This document shows positions 11,359-24,147 of a stretch of 64,000 bases of DNA, piece by piece. Below the pieces are notes generated by a model, which ran no database searches, was not told the origin of the DNA, and saw only the letters and a program-made list of their open reading frames with translations. The position numbers and the translations under genes are program-made. Within the stretch, counting starts at the first letter, position 1; every line of letters starts with the position of its first letter. This DNA comes from an uncultured delta proteobacterium (GTDB lineage: Bacteria > Desulfobacterota > Desulfobacteria > Desulfobacterales > Desulfatirhabdiaceae), in NCBI GenBank assembly GCA_963789395.1, contig CAWBKP010000011.1:192001-256000 (forward strand), read 5' to 3'.

Positions 11359-13025
11359 ATGAAAAAAGTCTTTATGCGTTCATGTATATGGTTGCTCGTT
11401 CTATCGCTCATGGTTCCGGTAGGAGGGTTTGCCCAGGAGTCGGCGCCGCCGGTGTTCCGGCAGGAAGAGCTGGATCAAATGCTGGCTCCCATCGCTTTGT
11501 ACCCGGATTCACTTATTAATACAGGTGCTTATGGCTGCTACCTATCCCCTTGAAGTGGTACAGGCCGCACGGTGGGTAGAAGCGAATCCGAATCTGAAAG
11601 GCGAGCAACTGGCCTTTGCCCTGGAGCAAAAATACTGGGATCCCAGCGTAAAGTCTCTGGTGAACTTTCCATCAGTCCTGGCCATGATGAACGATAAACT
11701 GGAGTGGACCCAGAATATCGGGGACGCTTTTCTTGGACAGAAAGACCAGGTGATGGCGACGATTCAGGACCTTCGCGCCAGAGCCCAGGCACAGGGCACC
11801 CTCAAAACACCGAACGAGCAGGTGGTGCAGGTCAAAGAAAAGACGATCGTGATAGAATCCGCGAGTCCTGAGGTCATTTATGTTCCGGTTTACAACCCCA
11901 CCGTGGTGTATGGCCCCTGGTGGTATCCCGCATATCCGCCCTATTATTATTATCCGCCGGGTTATGCCGTTTCCACCGCCAGCATCATTTCCTTCGGCGT
12001 CGGCATGGCACTGGGCGCTGCCTGGGGTTATGCATGGGGAAGCGTCAATTGGTCCGAAATCAAGTATATGTGGATCCGGCCAAACGTCACGATCAATATT
12101 TATAACACATTATCACGCGAAATAACGCAAACATCAATGTAAATACAATGTCAACAACGTTTTAATCAGGCGAACATCAACGCGAGAATACCGTTAATTC
12201 GGGACCGGGCTCCGGCGAATGGCAGCATGACCCGAGTCACCGAAAAGGCGTGGCGTACAGGGACCCCGGTGTGCGTCAGCAGTTCGGACAGACGGGGAAC
12301 ACCGGAGCAGATGTCAGAAAAAATTTCAGGGGATTTGACCAGGGCAGCCAGGGTCGGGTAACCAGTCAGGGGTTCAACCGGGACAGCCTTCTAACCCTTC
12401 AGATCGTTCATCCGGTCAGCAGGGAAAGGGAATTGCCGGTGGCCAGAAAGTCATGCGGCAGAATCGACAAACTTCCGATCAGAAAAAAAGCCCCTCCGGC
12501 TTGAATAATGCGGCGGAGGTCGTCAATTTAATGGAAAAGGCATGGACGGCGCTCAGCATCAGCGTTCAACGGCGCCGCAAACCCCCTCCTCCAGCACCAT
12601 TGAGAATTTCAACCGAAGTGGCAGTGAAGTGAAACAGCAGAGTATCCCGGCCGTTCCAGCCGTGAAAGCATGCCGACGCAAAATCCCAGTCAGACGTTTC
12701 AGGGCGGGAAAATGAACCAGGGGGGGTGGCACTCCAAATACCAGCATCAGTGGCCGCAGCTTTCCAAGTACCTCTGGCGGCGCCAGCATCCCGAAAGCCA
12801 GTGGCGGTAGCGGCATCATTCCGAATACTGCCGGTGGTGGCGGCAGTGGCTTTACTCGTGGCGGCGGTGGCAGCAGCTCACCGAAGACCAGTAGCGGTAG
12901 CAACATCATTCCGAAGACCGGCAGTGGTGGCGACGCCTTTCCCCAAAGTGCCGGCGGCGTTTCCCCGCGGCGGACAGCGGTGGCGGTGGTGGCTTCCAGA
13001 ATTTTGGTGGCGGCGGTCGCAATAA
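11359..13025 (+). CDS. DUF3300 domain exported protein with Gly-rich low-complexity tail; several frameshifts
   Basis: EELDQMLAPIALYPDSL, QVLMAATYPLEVVQAARW, WDPSVKSL, IYVPVYNPTVVYGPW; further downstream WQHDPSHRKGVAYRD. Confidence 0.85.
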
Positions 13026-13079
13026 ATAGATAATTTTATCGGGAAAATGTTTCACATAATTCCATGAGGAGACAGCCAT

Positions 13080-14034
13080 ATGATACAGGTTACCGATAGA
13101 ATACCCCCTTTTTACCCTCTCAGGATGGGCGCTGCCATTATCCTGGCATTTCTGTTATCCGTATTCGTGCTCCCCGATAACGCATCTGCGGTGTCTTCCC
13201 GGCAATCCAGGCAGCAAACCTTTGTTTCTCCCGAGGTTGGAGCAGCCGCAATGGTCACAGCTATACAGGCAAACGATATCAGGTCGCTGTCGGCTATTTT
13301 AGGTCCGATCGACAAGCAATTCGGAGATATCGTGGCCGACCAGATGAACCGTGAGGTTTTTTGTGAATATTATCAAGAAAAAAACCAGTTGGAGCGGATC
13401 GGGGACTCGAAAGCCGTCCTTCACATCGGAAATTCCGATTGGCCATTTCCCTATCCGCTCGTCAAGAAGGGAAATGCCTGGTATTTCGACGCAAAGGCCG
13501 GAAAAGAGGAAATCCTTGACCGCAGGATCGGCAGAAATGAACTCAGTTCCGTTCAGGTATGTCTGGCCTACGTCGATGCCCAAAAAGAATATATTGGGTG
13601 ACCACGACAGGGATGGTTTTTTTGAATACGCCCAGCAATTTGTGAGTGATCCGGGCCAGAAAAATGGTCTTTACTGGAAATCGCAGGAAGGAGAAAAACC
13701 AAGCCCCCTGGGACCAGCCATTGCAAGTGCGTCCCGAAGAAGGCTACCAGAAGCTGGAAGCGTCAGGCGCTCCCCTTCCCTATCACGGATATTATTTCAA
13801 GATTTTGAAGGCACAGGGAAGCACGCCCCCGGCGGCGCATACGATTACATTGCGAATGGCAAGATGATCGGCGGGTTTGCGCTGGTGGCTTATCCGGCAA
13901 AATACGGATACTCTGGAATCATGACCTTTATCGTAGCGATGGACGGCATCGTATACCAGAGCAACCTGGGGAAGAGTACCGCTAAAATTGCAGAGTCACT
14001 GACACAGTTGACCCCGACAAGACTTGGAGGATGA
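13080..14034 (+). CDS. DUF2950 family exported protein; frameshifted
   Basis: DWPFPYPLVK, RRIGRNEL, AYVDAQKEY, GLYW, YHGYYF, GFALVAYPAKYG. Confidence 0.85.
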
Positions 14035-14078
14035 CAGTGTATGGCCATGCCGTAAAATAAAGCCACCATCGATATGAT

Positions 14079-15216
14079 GTGGCAGGAATTGGTGGATATT
14101 TCAGAGAAATCAACCACAGGTTCCGAAGCAAATCGGCCAGCACGATACTCGCGCGCCTGCCTGAAATCAATTTCGTGGACGAAAAGGCAGCCATCGAAAT
14201 GCCAGGTATTGCTTTGAAGTATAGTGTCGAGCACTGGATCAATGACGGTTTGATGGCGATTTTCTTCCTGCTGATCGGCCTTGAAATTGAAAGGGAACTT
14301 TATATTGGAGAGCTGTCTGAGCTGAAAAATGCAACATTACCTTGTATTGCGGCTGCCGGCGGCATGGCACTGCCCGCTTTGATTCACTTTTTGTTTAATC
14401 GGGGAACTGCAACACAGGGTGGAATTTGTATTCCAATGGCAACGGATATCGCTTTTGCGCTGGGCGTACTTGAATCTGCTGGGCAATAAGATTCCCGCGT
14501 CGCTTAAAATTTTTCTTACGGCTCTGGCTATCGTAGATGACCTGGGCGCCATTATCGTTATTGCCCTGTTTTATGTGGGCGACTTCTCGCTGCTGTATCT
14601 TGTCCTGGCTTTGGGGATATTTGCAGGATTGCAGATATTCAGGCGTTTCGGTGTACGCCGGCTTGCCTTATTACCTGCTTCCGGGGGTTGTCATGTGGTA
14701 CTTTATGCTCAAATCCGGCATTCACGCCACCATTGCAGGAGTTCTTCTTGCTTTGCAATTCCGTTCGGCAACGGTGACGAAGAATCGCCGTCTTACAAAT
14801 TGCAGCATTTCCTCCACAAACCTGTGGCTTTTGTCATCATGCCGATTTTTGCGCTGGCCAATACCGGCATCACGCTGACAGGAAACTGGATTGAGGGCCT
14901 GTCAACATCCAACAGTTTGGGCATTTTCGCAGGCTTGTTCGCAGGCAAGCCACTGGGCATTGTTCTGTTTAGTCTTTTGGCGGTCAAATTGGGTTTATCC
15001 CAATTGCCAAACGATATTTCCTGGAAGCATATCATCGGCACCGGTTTTCTGGGGGGAATCGGGTTTACCATGTCCATCTTCATCACGCTGCTGGCTTTCG
15101 GCAACCCCGAAATCGTCCAAAACGCGAAAATCAGCATTATTGTCAGTTCAATTTTGGCGGGTACTGTCGGTTTTCTAATTTTGAACCACAAAAGCGGCAC
15201 AGCAAACCTTCCGTAA
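14079..15216 (+). pseudogene. nhaA: Na+/H+ antiporter NhaA, apparently 5'-truncated and frameshifted
   Basis: [52 protein letters not shown]; no hydrophobic TM1 upstream of WIND. Confidence 0.7.
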
Positions 15217-15262
15217 CAGCATGAACACTATTCTGGTACAACCATTCAGGGACAGATTTGCC

Positions 15263-15535
15263 TCATTGACTTTTCTTGCCCTGCTGGTAGCCGCGCTGAT
15301 AAGCTTCCTGCTCAGCCTCCTTGGACTTTCCGTAAAGATACCCCCCTGCTCCGCCGGCTGCGGCACCGATAGCAGCTCCCATGCCCGCGTTTCCGGACAT
15401 CGCACCGATCGCCAATCCGCCGAGAGCGCCGATGCTGGCACCGCTTAATGTGCGCTGCTCGGTCTGCGACATGCCGGCGCACCCTGCCACTATAAGACTC
15501 ATGATTATAATCGAGATGGTCACGATATTCTTCAT
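15263..15535 (-). CDS. Glycine-zipper lipoprotein
   Basis: Lipobox VAGC; GASIGALGGLAIG...GAAIGAAAGGAGG. Confidence 0.8.
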   Translation of the reverse strand: MKNIVTISIIIMSLIVAGCAGMSQTEQRTLSGASIGALGGLAIGAMSGNAGMGAAIGAAAGGAGGYLYGKSKEAEQEAYQRGYQQGKKSQ

Positions 15536-15561
15536 GGTATTCTCCGTTTCGATTCTTAAGG

Positions 15562-15949
15562 TTATTTTTTGCATGGCCACGTTTCGATCAGAAACATGAA
15601 TTCCGTCTCGACGGGCGGCTGGTCCATGAATTGCGGGTGGGCCTTGGCCCATTTCAGAAACATGGAAATGGCCTCATTGCGGGTCGGCTCCGGATCAGGC
15701 AGGCAGAACAGCTTCTTGCCGTCCGGCCCAGAAGTGGACGCAACATAATAGGCATAAGCGCCAATGAGGTAGCCATGGCAAAAGTGGATGGCTTCTTTTG
15801 CAAACGGATCATCGGCGGAAGCGCTGCACAGATTCAGAAGGTTTCTCGTGGTCTTGGCCTTGAAATCCTCTTCCGTCACCGACGCAGCCAAAGCCAGGCC
15901 GGACAAGAACGGCAACAAACAACAGCATGAAAATCAGTTTTTGTCTCAT
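15562..15949 (-). CDS. Rap1a/Tai-like immunity-family exported protein; frameshift in signal peptide
   Basis: LLNLC...FCHGYLIG...FCLP...FLKWAKAHP...WPC cysteine pattern. Confidence 0.65.
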
Positions 15950-16312
15950 GGTTCCTCTCCATTTTTGTTGTGAGCAGATTCGGCTTCGGCCCGGTTCCGA
16001 TCGATTTTATTTCCGGAAAATCGGGCGGATATCACCCTATGATAACAGGGACTTCATAAACATTGCCTAGTATATTTATATTTCTTTTCAGTTTCGGAAA
16101 GTCAATTGATAATATGAGAACAATTGACCTCACTTCGTTGTCCGATTTATACCTTCATCGCTTTCTTTATTTTGACAAACAGAAGAATCCTGATACAATC
16201 GGCGGCAATTCACAAACCCTGTACAAAACCGTTTTTTATCCGGACAACGCCCGGTACCGGACATTTTATCAAGACCGTGCAAACAAAACCGGCCTGACAC
16301 TTTACGGTATAC

Positions 16313-16981
16313 ATGGATTTTCTTCATCCCTTATTTGCCAATTTTAGAAGAAACCGTTTCGGTCTTCTTTTTATTTCTCTGCTGTTGACTATCGGCGGCA
16401 CGACGGTCCTGGACGAACTCGGGTTGACCTGGGCCTCCAAGCTCCTGCTCATGCTGACTCTGCTGGTATTGGTCTCCATCGTCACCGGCCGGTGGACCCT
16501 TCATGTCAGCCTGGCACTCTTGGTTTTTTCTGCCGTCACTTCCTCGGTGTTCGAGCTGAAAGCTTTTGAACACTATGGTCAACTCAGTTCGGTGCTTCTC
16601 TTGTTTCTGGGAACCCTCGAGTGTTTTCGAGCCATCTTCAGATCCGGCCGGGTAGACAGAGAACGACTGTTTGCCTCCCTCAGTCTTTATCTGCTCCTGG
16701 GATTGATCTTTGCCATCATTTTCGCGGTTGTCGAGGAACTGCTGCCGGGTTCCTTTAATCACCTGGACACGTTGGCTGCCGGCGGCAAAATAAGCCCTCT
16801 GGGGCAGTTGATCTATTTCAGTTATGTGACCATCGCAACACTGGGCTACGGGGACATCGTTCCTGTCAGCGGTCCGGCCAAAGGGCTGGTTATTCTGGAA
16901 GCGATCATCGGGCAGATGTACCTGGTTGTGGTGGTGGCCAGGCTGGTCAGTCTCTACGGGCAGAGCGAGTCAAAAAAGTAG
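16313..16981 (+). CDS. Potassium channel family membrane protein (Ion_trans_2)
   Basis: YFSYVTIATLGYGDIVP selectivity filter; multiple TM segments. Confidence 0.85.
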   Translation: MDFLHPLFANFRRNRFGLLFISLLLTIGGTTVLDELGLTWASKLLLMLTLLVLVSIVTGRWTLHVSLALLVFSAVTSSVFELKAFEHYGQLSSVLLLFLGTLECFRAIFRSGRVDRERLFASLSLYLLLGLIFAIIFAVVEELLPGSFNHLDTLAAGGKISPLGQLIYFSYVTIATLGYGDIVPVSGPAKGLVILEAIIGQMYLVVVVARLVSLYGQSESKK

Positions 16982-17069
16982 TTTTTCCCACCGTCCTCAG
17001 CAGCGGCATGACCCGCTCAAGACGAAAAGGGCGCAAAGAATAATCAAGCAGTTCGACAAGGAGCCAATC

Positions 17070-18300
17070 ATGCATGAATACCCGTTCATCATCTTTGCCG
17101 CGCTCCTGGCTTATGTCTTCGGGCTCTTCTCCCGGCTTGCCGAGCGCTCCCCGGTCACAGGACCCATGGTCTTTGTGGCTGTTGGCATACTGGCCGGTCC
17201 CCTGGGCTTCGACTGGCTGGAGATTTCGATCAATGCCGAACTGATCCGGGTCATAACGGAGATTACACTGGTGCTCATCCTCTTTGTCGACGCCTCCCTG
17301 ATCGATCTTCCGGCATTGGTCCAAAGCCGCGGACTCCCAATCAGGCTCCTGCTGATCGGACTTCCACTGACCATGATTTTCGGGATCCTTCTGGCCTGGG
17401 CACTGCTCCCCGGATACGTCAATCTGGCTCCTGGCCCTTATGGCCCTGATCCTTTCGCCAACGGATGCCGCCCTGGGCCAGGCGGTGGTAAAAAGTGAAT
17501 CCGTACCGGAAAACATCCGGCAGGCAATCAATGTGGAAAGCGGCCTGAATGACGGCATCGCCCTGCCCCCCATTCTGCTCTGCGTCGCCGTCCTGGCCGG
17601 AGATCCCGCCCGGCAGCTCGGTTCCGGTTTCTGGTCCCATTTCATCTTTTCTCAACTGATCTACGGCCCGCTCATGGGTGCTGCGGTCGGCTGGGTGGGT
17701 GGATTTATAGTGGACCGGGCCTCCCGGGCCGGCTGGATGAACGACACCTTTCAGCGTCTCGTATCCATCTCGCTTGCAGTGATGGCCTATTCGGCAGCAG
17801 AGATGGTCCACGGCAACGGGTTCATTGCAGCCTACTTCGGCGGCCTGCTGCTGGGCGTGCGAAGCCACGCCGTCAGGGAGCGGGTGCAGGAATTCGGGGA
17901 GGCGGAAGGACAGCAACTGGCGCTTTACATCTTCCTGCTTTTCGGCCTCGTTCTGGTTCCGGCGGCCATCCCCTACTGGGACTTGCGGGCCTGGGTCTAT
18001 GCTGTCATGAGCCTGACCATCATACGGATGCTGCCGGTTGCTTTGAGTCTCATCGGATCCAAGCTGGATTGGGTTTCCGTCAACTTCATCGGATGGTTCG
18101 GCCCCCGGGGCATCGCCTCTGTTCTCTACCTACTCATGGTGGTTGGAAAGCTGGGAACCCAAAAACTCGAATACCTGCTTGGCATCATTGTTCTGACAGT
18201 GACGCTGAGCGTCCTTGCCCACGGAGTGACCGCTGTCCCGCTATCCGGCGCCTATGGGAGATTGATGTCGAAAAAAGACAAACTTCAGCATTCTGTATAA
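17070..18300 (+). CDS. Cation:proton antiporter (CPA1/NhaP-like); frameshift ~17420
   Basis: LILFVDA, LSPTDAALG, NVESGLNDG, GWFGPRGIAS. Confidence 0.85.
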
Positions 18301-18389
18301 AATAAAGACGTATCGTACAAATCCCGGTTAGGGTTATCAATCGCCATTGGCGGGATTTTCCGGGCGTTTGGTCTCCTCACGGTTGTGCC

Positions 18390-18665
18390 TCAGATTCCTG
18401 TCGATCCGTTTTTCTTTTCCCCTTCGCCCGTCTGCGATGACTTCGGCCCAAGAATGATCCACTCCCCTCTGGGCCCGGTGAGAATACCATTTTCAGGGCC
18501 TTCTTCCCGATTGTTGCGCAGCTCGTATTGCCCGCAGCCGGCAACGACCAGCAATACCGCCAGCAATACGGCAATCCACAATGCTGTTACTGCGGATTTA
18601 CGCGTTTCATGATTCCGAAACTGCATTACATGAAACATCGGTTGCACTCCTTTTGATATCGCCAC
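18390..18665 (-). CDS. Small hypothetical lipoprotein
   Basis: Hydrophobic stretch followed by VAGC lipobox; immediately downstream of the porin gene. Confidence 0.5.
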   Translation of the reverse strand: MAISKGVQPMFHVMQFRNHETRKSAVTALWIAVLLAVLLVVAGCGQYELRNNREEGPENGILTGPRGEWIILGPKSSQTGEGEKKNGSTGI

Positions 18666-18666
18666 A

Positions 18667-19974
18667 TCAGAACTTTACCCTCGACCCGATTGACACTGCA
18701 TTGACGTCGTAGAGCGCCGGCGTAATATCCTGATTGAGTGTGAAATACCGATACTGGAGATACACCTCGGAGCCGAACTTCTCGAATATCTGGACCACCG
18801 CACCGCCCATCGACCAGCCGTCGTTATTTTCAGCAGGAAAGTTTTCGGACTTGTCGTAGTCCACACTAAACGCCGTCTCGCCAACGTTAAATAATTTTGC
18901 CAGCCAGCCGGCCTTGACGTAAAAATTGCTCGGGTTGCTCTGGTCCCTGAAGTCCTGCACACCGGCGGACAGGGTCAGGTTCAGCCCGGTGTCTTCGTGC
19001 AATACCGAAAACGAACCGTCATATTGTTGGTCACAGTACTCAAGGTTAGGATCAGCGTAAGCAAAAGCGGCCGCAGCCTTAAAGCCGCCCCCTTTGCCGC
19101 TCCACCATATCGACCCGTCATAGCGTGAATCACTGACAAGCGATCCTGCCAGACTGAAGCCATAAAAAGTGGGTGTATCATAGCGCACCCTGCTTTTCCG
19201 GCTCAAGCCGTCCAAATCATCGAATGCGTCAGCAATATTAATAGTTCGTGAGCACATTGGTGTCCTTTGTCCGGAACAACATGCCGCCGACTATGGCCGA
19301 AACGCTCGCATAAGCGACCACGTCGGTTTTGGACAGATCGACCTCGGCGGTGTTGTTGGAGGCCGTATCGCCCTTGCCCAAGGAAAGCTTGCCGAAACGC
19401 TTGCTGTCAAGATACAGGTCCACCCAGCGCTGGTCGAAATACGTGCCGGGCTCCTGGTCTGTCTGACTGACCTGCGCGGATTCATTCGGTGCAATGGCCA
19501 CTTCAAATCTCGTTCCGAGGGTAAGATCGTCGGTTGCCCTGGCGGTACCGATCAAGCGGAGGCGCGAGTTGCTGGCGTCGTTGTCGACGAAGTAAGCCCT
19601 GGTTTTTGCCCCGTCGTCAACAACATTCACGGCTCTGTCGATCTGCCCTGAGATGGCGAGTTTAATCCGATCCTGATCCGTAGTAACGACTTTTTCCAGA
19701 CCCGAAAGCACCTGCTGTGGTTTTCGCCTCTTCGGCCACGGATTTTGCTTCACTGGCCTGGGTTTGCGCAACGGCGGCGGTTTGCTTCAACTCGTTCAAC
19801 TGTTGCTGCATCGATTCCAACTGCTGCTGCTGATCCCGGATCAGGCGTTCCAGCCTTTCAATCTTCTGAGCGTCTACGGTTTTTTCCTGAGCCGAAACCT
19901 GACATGCGACAAACACCTGGACTGCCAGTAACACCCCCAAAAAAATGATGATTGACCTTTCGTTCTACCTTCAT
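18667..19974 (-). CDS. Porin with N-terminal coiled coil; frameshifted
   Basis: LAISGQIDRAV, DASNSRLRLIG, FGKLSLGKG, RVRYDTP, C-terminal RVKF; Gln-rich coiled coil at the N-terminus. Confidence 0.75.
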
Positions 19975-20418
19975 CTTTTTCTCCTTTGTTTGTGGCCAGC
20001 AGAAATATAAAATCCGCCCTATTTCCAAAACCCTATTTAGTCGACACAATTGGTGCCTCGTCGTCACCTGCCACTGCCACGGATGGTTCAGTTCCTTCAA
20101 AAACAACCATCATCCCGGTAGGCCGAGGCCGGAGCATGATGAAGAAATCCCTAACGTATGGGAACTGATATAGTCAAGTACAAAGATACATCATTGTTAA
20201 GAGAATTTTTTTCTGATGCGTCGATTCCACAGTCTCTTTTGGACTGAGATAACCAAGAAAAGGACATTATATGATGATTTTAGCCTTAATAAATATTCTC
20301 AATTATTTCTGAGGACACAAAAGAACACAAAAAGTACAAGTAAATACCGCTCCTGCTGCAAGAGTCTCTTCAAAACAAAGAATGGACACCCATCTGATAT
20401 CTATGTATAATTTTGATA

Positions 20419-20434
20419 AGCACTTGATATGCCG
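20419..20434 (-). promoter_or_regulatory. Possible sigma54 promoter for the porin gene
   Basis: Minus strand CGGCATATCAAGTGCT has GG-N10-GC spacing, but is imperfect and ~450 bp from the start. Confidence 0.3.
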
Positions 20435-20522
20435 ACAATGAAGGGAATTACCGGTCCATCCCGGTATTAATTTAATGGTTGACTGTAATGAACCCATGTA
20501 TGTCACTATTCAGCGGAAGAAA

Positions 20523-22783
20523 ATGCCCTGTAATTTTGTGAACATATTATTCGAACAGGTTATTTCGGATTTCGGATTGTTATCCAGAAAGAGAGTCGGC
20601 CTGTTTCTCAGAATCACCCTTTCCCTGATATTCCTGGTTCTGCTGCCCTTATCGGGCCGGGAGGCATCGGCATCGTTGCCGCGGAAACCGCAGAAGCGCA
20701 TCCTGCTGCTCTACAGCCTGGACAGGATGATCCCTCCCACGAAATGACGGATCAGGGGATCCGCTCAGTCATCTTGTCCGATCCCAACTTTGACATCGAG
20801 CTTTATACCGAATATCTGGATCTGTCTCGTTTCCAGGCCCCCGATTACAAGGAAAATCTGGTCCGGTTCCTGGCCGACAAGTATTCGGCTGTTAAGCCGG
20901 ACGTCGTTATCACCGTGTATCCAATGGCGCTGTCCTTTGTTCTGAACCACTGTGACCGCATCTTCTCCGGCATCCCCATTGTCGCATGCACGATATTCGA
21001 GAGCGCAGCAAGAGATATTGAGCAGACGGATGAAAGGGCCAGAACCACAGGCGTGATCCTGAACGGGGACATCGGCGATATCGTCCCGATGGCGCGCACC
21101 CTCAGGCCGCAGACGCGCCGGATTGCACTGGTGGGCGGGGCATCCGAGCTGGACAAAATCGGTCTGAAGGTAGTTCGCAATGCGCTGAAGCAGTACGAAC
21201 CCGGGATGGAGTGCTGGATTTGACGGGGCTGGCCATGCCGCAGATTATCGAACGGGTCGCCAGCCTGCCCGCTGACAGCGTTGTTCTGTACCCTACGATT
21301 TTTATCGACGGGCAGGGCCGGCGCTTTATATCCAGAGAAGCCCTGTCAATGATATCGCGCGCAGCCAATGTGCCGGTGTTCAGCCCGTTTGACAGCTACT
21401 CTGGGTTACGGCATCGTGGGAGGCAACCTGCTCAGTTTCGAGGCCCAGGGCAGGAAGGCCGCGGAACTGGCAATTCGGATACTGGCCGGAGAATCGCCGG
21501 GGGATATCCCTTTTTCAGAATATGACACCACCCTTCCCATCTTCGACTGGCGGGAGCTGAAGCGCTGGGAAATCAGCGAAGCGAGCCTTCCGGCCGGCAG
21601 CATTGTCAAATACAAAGAGGTTTCGGTATGGGAAGAGCATCGGAGACAGATTGTCGGCGCAGTTGCATTTTTTTTCCTGGAGACAATTCTCATCGTTGCC
21701 CTGATGTTTCACTTGCGAAAGTCCCGGAAAATGCAGACAGCACTACAGGCATCGGAGCAGCGCTATCAAACTGTAGCGGATTATACGTACAACTGGGAAT
21801 ACTGGTCCGCCCCGGATGGAACCCTGAACTACATATCGCCGGCATGTGAAACCGTCACCGGCCATTCCCCCCGGGAATTTATTGAAAACCCTTCGATGAT
21901 GCATGAGATTGTCGTTTCCGAGGACCGCAGGGTATGGGATGAACACGACCACGCTGCCTGCACTGATATGGGAATGAAGGAAATTCAGTTCCGCATCCGC
22001 AGAGCCGATGGCGACATCCGCTGGGTCGAGCACTGCTGCCGGCCCGTCATCGACCCTCAGGGCGGGTTTTTGGGAATACGGGCCAGCAACCGTGACATAA
22101 CGGCGCGCAAACTGGCCGAAGACAAGATCCGGGAACGGGAGAACGATCTTCAGATATTGACGCATCGGCTGATCCGGGGGCAGGAGGAGGAACGCCGGCG
22201 ACTGGCGCGTGACCTGCACGATGATCTGACACAGCGGCTGGCCGTACTTGCGATCCAGGCAGGCAGAATGGCGTTGTCTGCCAGGGACGGACGTCCGCCC
22301 CTCCCTGAAGAGTTTCTCGATCTGAGAGACCAGGCTGTTCAGATTTCAGCCGACATCCACGATATCTCCCGTCAGATCCACCCCTCGATCCTGGATGACC
22401 TGGGCCTGGAGAAAGCCATCGCGTCGGAATGCGCCCGGTTCTCCGACCGGGAGGGAATTCCGGTGGTATTCAACGCGAAAGGCATTCCCGGAACCCTGTC
22501 AAAGGATGCCGCACTTTCCATCTACCGCATCATTCAGGAGGGACTCACCAACATCGCCAAACACGCCTGCGCCACCCATGTCACGGTATCCCTCACAGGA
22601 GCCGGGACTGGCCTCCGTGTTTCCGTCCAGGATGACGGCATCGGATTCGATGCGGCAGCGGTGAGAAAAAAACCGGGACTGGGGCTTTCCAGCATGCGCG
22701 AACGGGTCCGAATCATTCGGGGAAAGCTTCGCATTCTGTCGGAACCCGATAAGGGTACGACCATCGAGGTGAATTTGCTTTGA
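20523..22783 (+). CDS. Sensor histidine kinase (ABC substrate-binding-like sensor, PAS, HisKA_3, HATPase); three frameshifts
   Basis: ELYTEYLD, FDWRELKRW, PAS segment, EEERRRLARDLHDDLTQRL, YRIIQEGLTNIAKHA, DDGIGFD, GLGLSSMRER; start approximate. Confidence 0.85.
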
Positions 22784-22813
22784 AATGGAAACAGAACATG
22801 GTAAAAGCCTGAT

Positions 22814-24124
22814 ATGATTCCCGCAGCAGCCCCGCCAAAACCCCGTTTCAACCCCCTGAGCACGCTGGTTCTGCATTTCAGGCCCCGCAGGGTTTCTGAA
22901 AAGACCCTTGACTTCAGGCTGACATGGGGGTTGGGCGGCATGGCCGCCGTTCTAGTCTCGCTGCAATTGTTCACGGGCATTCTGCTGAAGTTCGCCTACG
23001 GGCCGGTTCCCGCCCAGGCTTACGCGTCGCTGGTGACCCTGCAGGAAGGCTTCCTGTTCGGGCAACTGGTCCGGAGCATCCACTTCTGGAGCGCCAATCT
23101 CCTGGTCGTGGTGGTCTGCCTGCATGGTCTGCGGGTCTTTTTTACCGGCGGCTTTCACCCCCCGCGACGATTGAACTGGGTTGTCGGGCTCAGCCTGCTG
23201 GTCCTCATACTGGCGTCCAATCTTACCGGATACCTGCTCCCCTGGGACCAGCTGGCCTACTGGGCCACCATCATCTGCGTCAGCATGCTGGAATACATCC
23301 CCGTCATCGGCGGGCGGCTTCAGCAGATCGTTCTGGGCGGCCCACGGATCGGGCCGGCCACCCTGCGCGGTTTTTTTGCGATGCACACCGCCGTGTTCCC
23401 GGTCCTGATCGTCATGCTGATGATGTTTCATTTCTGGCGGGTGCGAAAAGCCGGCGGGCTGGTGATTCCGCACTCCCCGGGTGAAGCCCCGGACGACAAA
23501 CCGGCCATGGTCCCGACCCACCCGAACCTGCTTCTTCGGGAGGCGGCCCTGGCATTGGCGACCATCGCGTGCGTGCTGATCCTGTCACTGCTTTTTAATG
23601 CCCCACTGGGACAGCCGGCCAACCCGGGCCTCAGCCCCAACCCGACCAAGGCCCCCTGGTACTTTGCAGGTGTCCAGGAATTGCTCATGCATTTTCACCC
23701 GAGCTTTGCCCTGCTGATCGCTGCCGCCCTGACACTGAGCGCTTTTTGTCTGCCGTATCTAAAATACAACGAAGCCCCCTCCGGCGTCTGGTTTGCATCA
23801 ATCAACGGCCGACGCACCGCTCGCTTCACCGCACTGGTAGCCGCCATGGCCACGCCGCTGGTCGTTGTTCTGAATGAATACGTGTTCGATTTTTCGGCCA
23901 TACTGCCCAATATGCCCCATGCCGTCAGCCTCGGCATCTTCCCCACAGCCTTGCTCATTGCAGTCATTGCAGGTTTGTACGCGCTGACGGCAAGGAAATT
24001 TCAGGCCACACGTCTGGAGTCCGTCCAGGCTGTTTTTGTTTTTCTGGCCGTAGGATGGGTGATTTTGACCATTACCTGCGTGATTTTCCGGGGGGAAGGA
24101 ATGAAGCTGCGGTGGCCGTTTTGA
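22814..24124 (+). CDS. Cytochrome b of a Rieske/cytb complex (b6 plus subunit IV-like region fused)
   Basis: RSIHFWSAN, HGLRVFFTG, TGYLLPWDQLAYW, FFAMH, KAPWYF (PEWY-like). Confidence 0.9.
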   Translation: MIPAAAPPKPRFNPLSTLVLHFRPRRVSEKTLDFRLTWGLGGMAAVLVSLQLFTGILLKFAYGPVPAQAYASLVTLQEGFLFGQLVRSIHFWSANLLVVVVCLHGLRVFFTGGFHPPRRLNWVVGLSLLVLILASNLTGYLLPWDQLAYWATIICVSMLEYIPVIGGRLQQIVLGGPRIGPATLRGFFAMHTAVFPVLIVMLMMFHFWRVRKAGGLVIPHSPGEAPDDKPAMVPTHPNLLLREAALALATIACVLILSLLFNAPLGQPANPGLSPNPTKAPWYFAGVQELLMHFHPSFALLIAAALTLSAFCLPYLKYNEAPSGVWFASINGRRTARFTALVAAMATPLVVVLNEYVFDFSAILPNMPHAVSLGIFPTALLIAVIAGLYALTARKFQATRLESVQAVFVFLAVGWVILTITCVIFRGEGMKLRWPF

Positions 24125-24147
24125 CGGGAGCTTCGAAAAAAAACCAG

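Noticed and set aside
12720..12960. Tandem DNA repeats (ccgaagacc...ggcggt)
   Set aside because: Explained by the Gly/Ser-rich coding tail of the DUF3300 protein.
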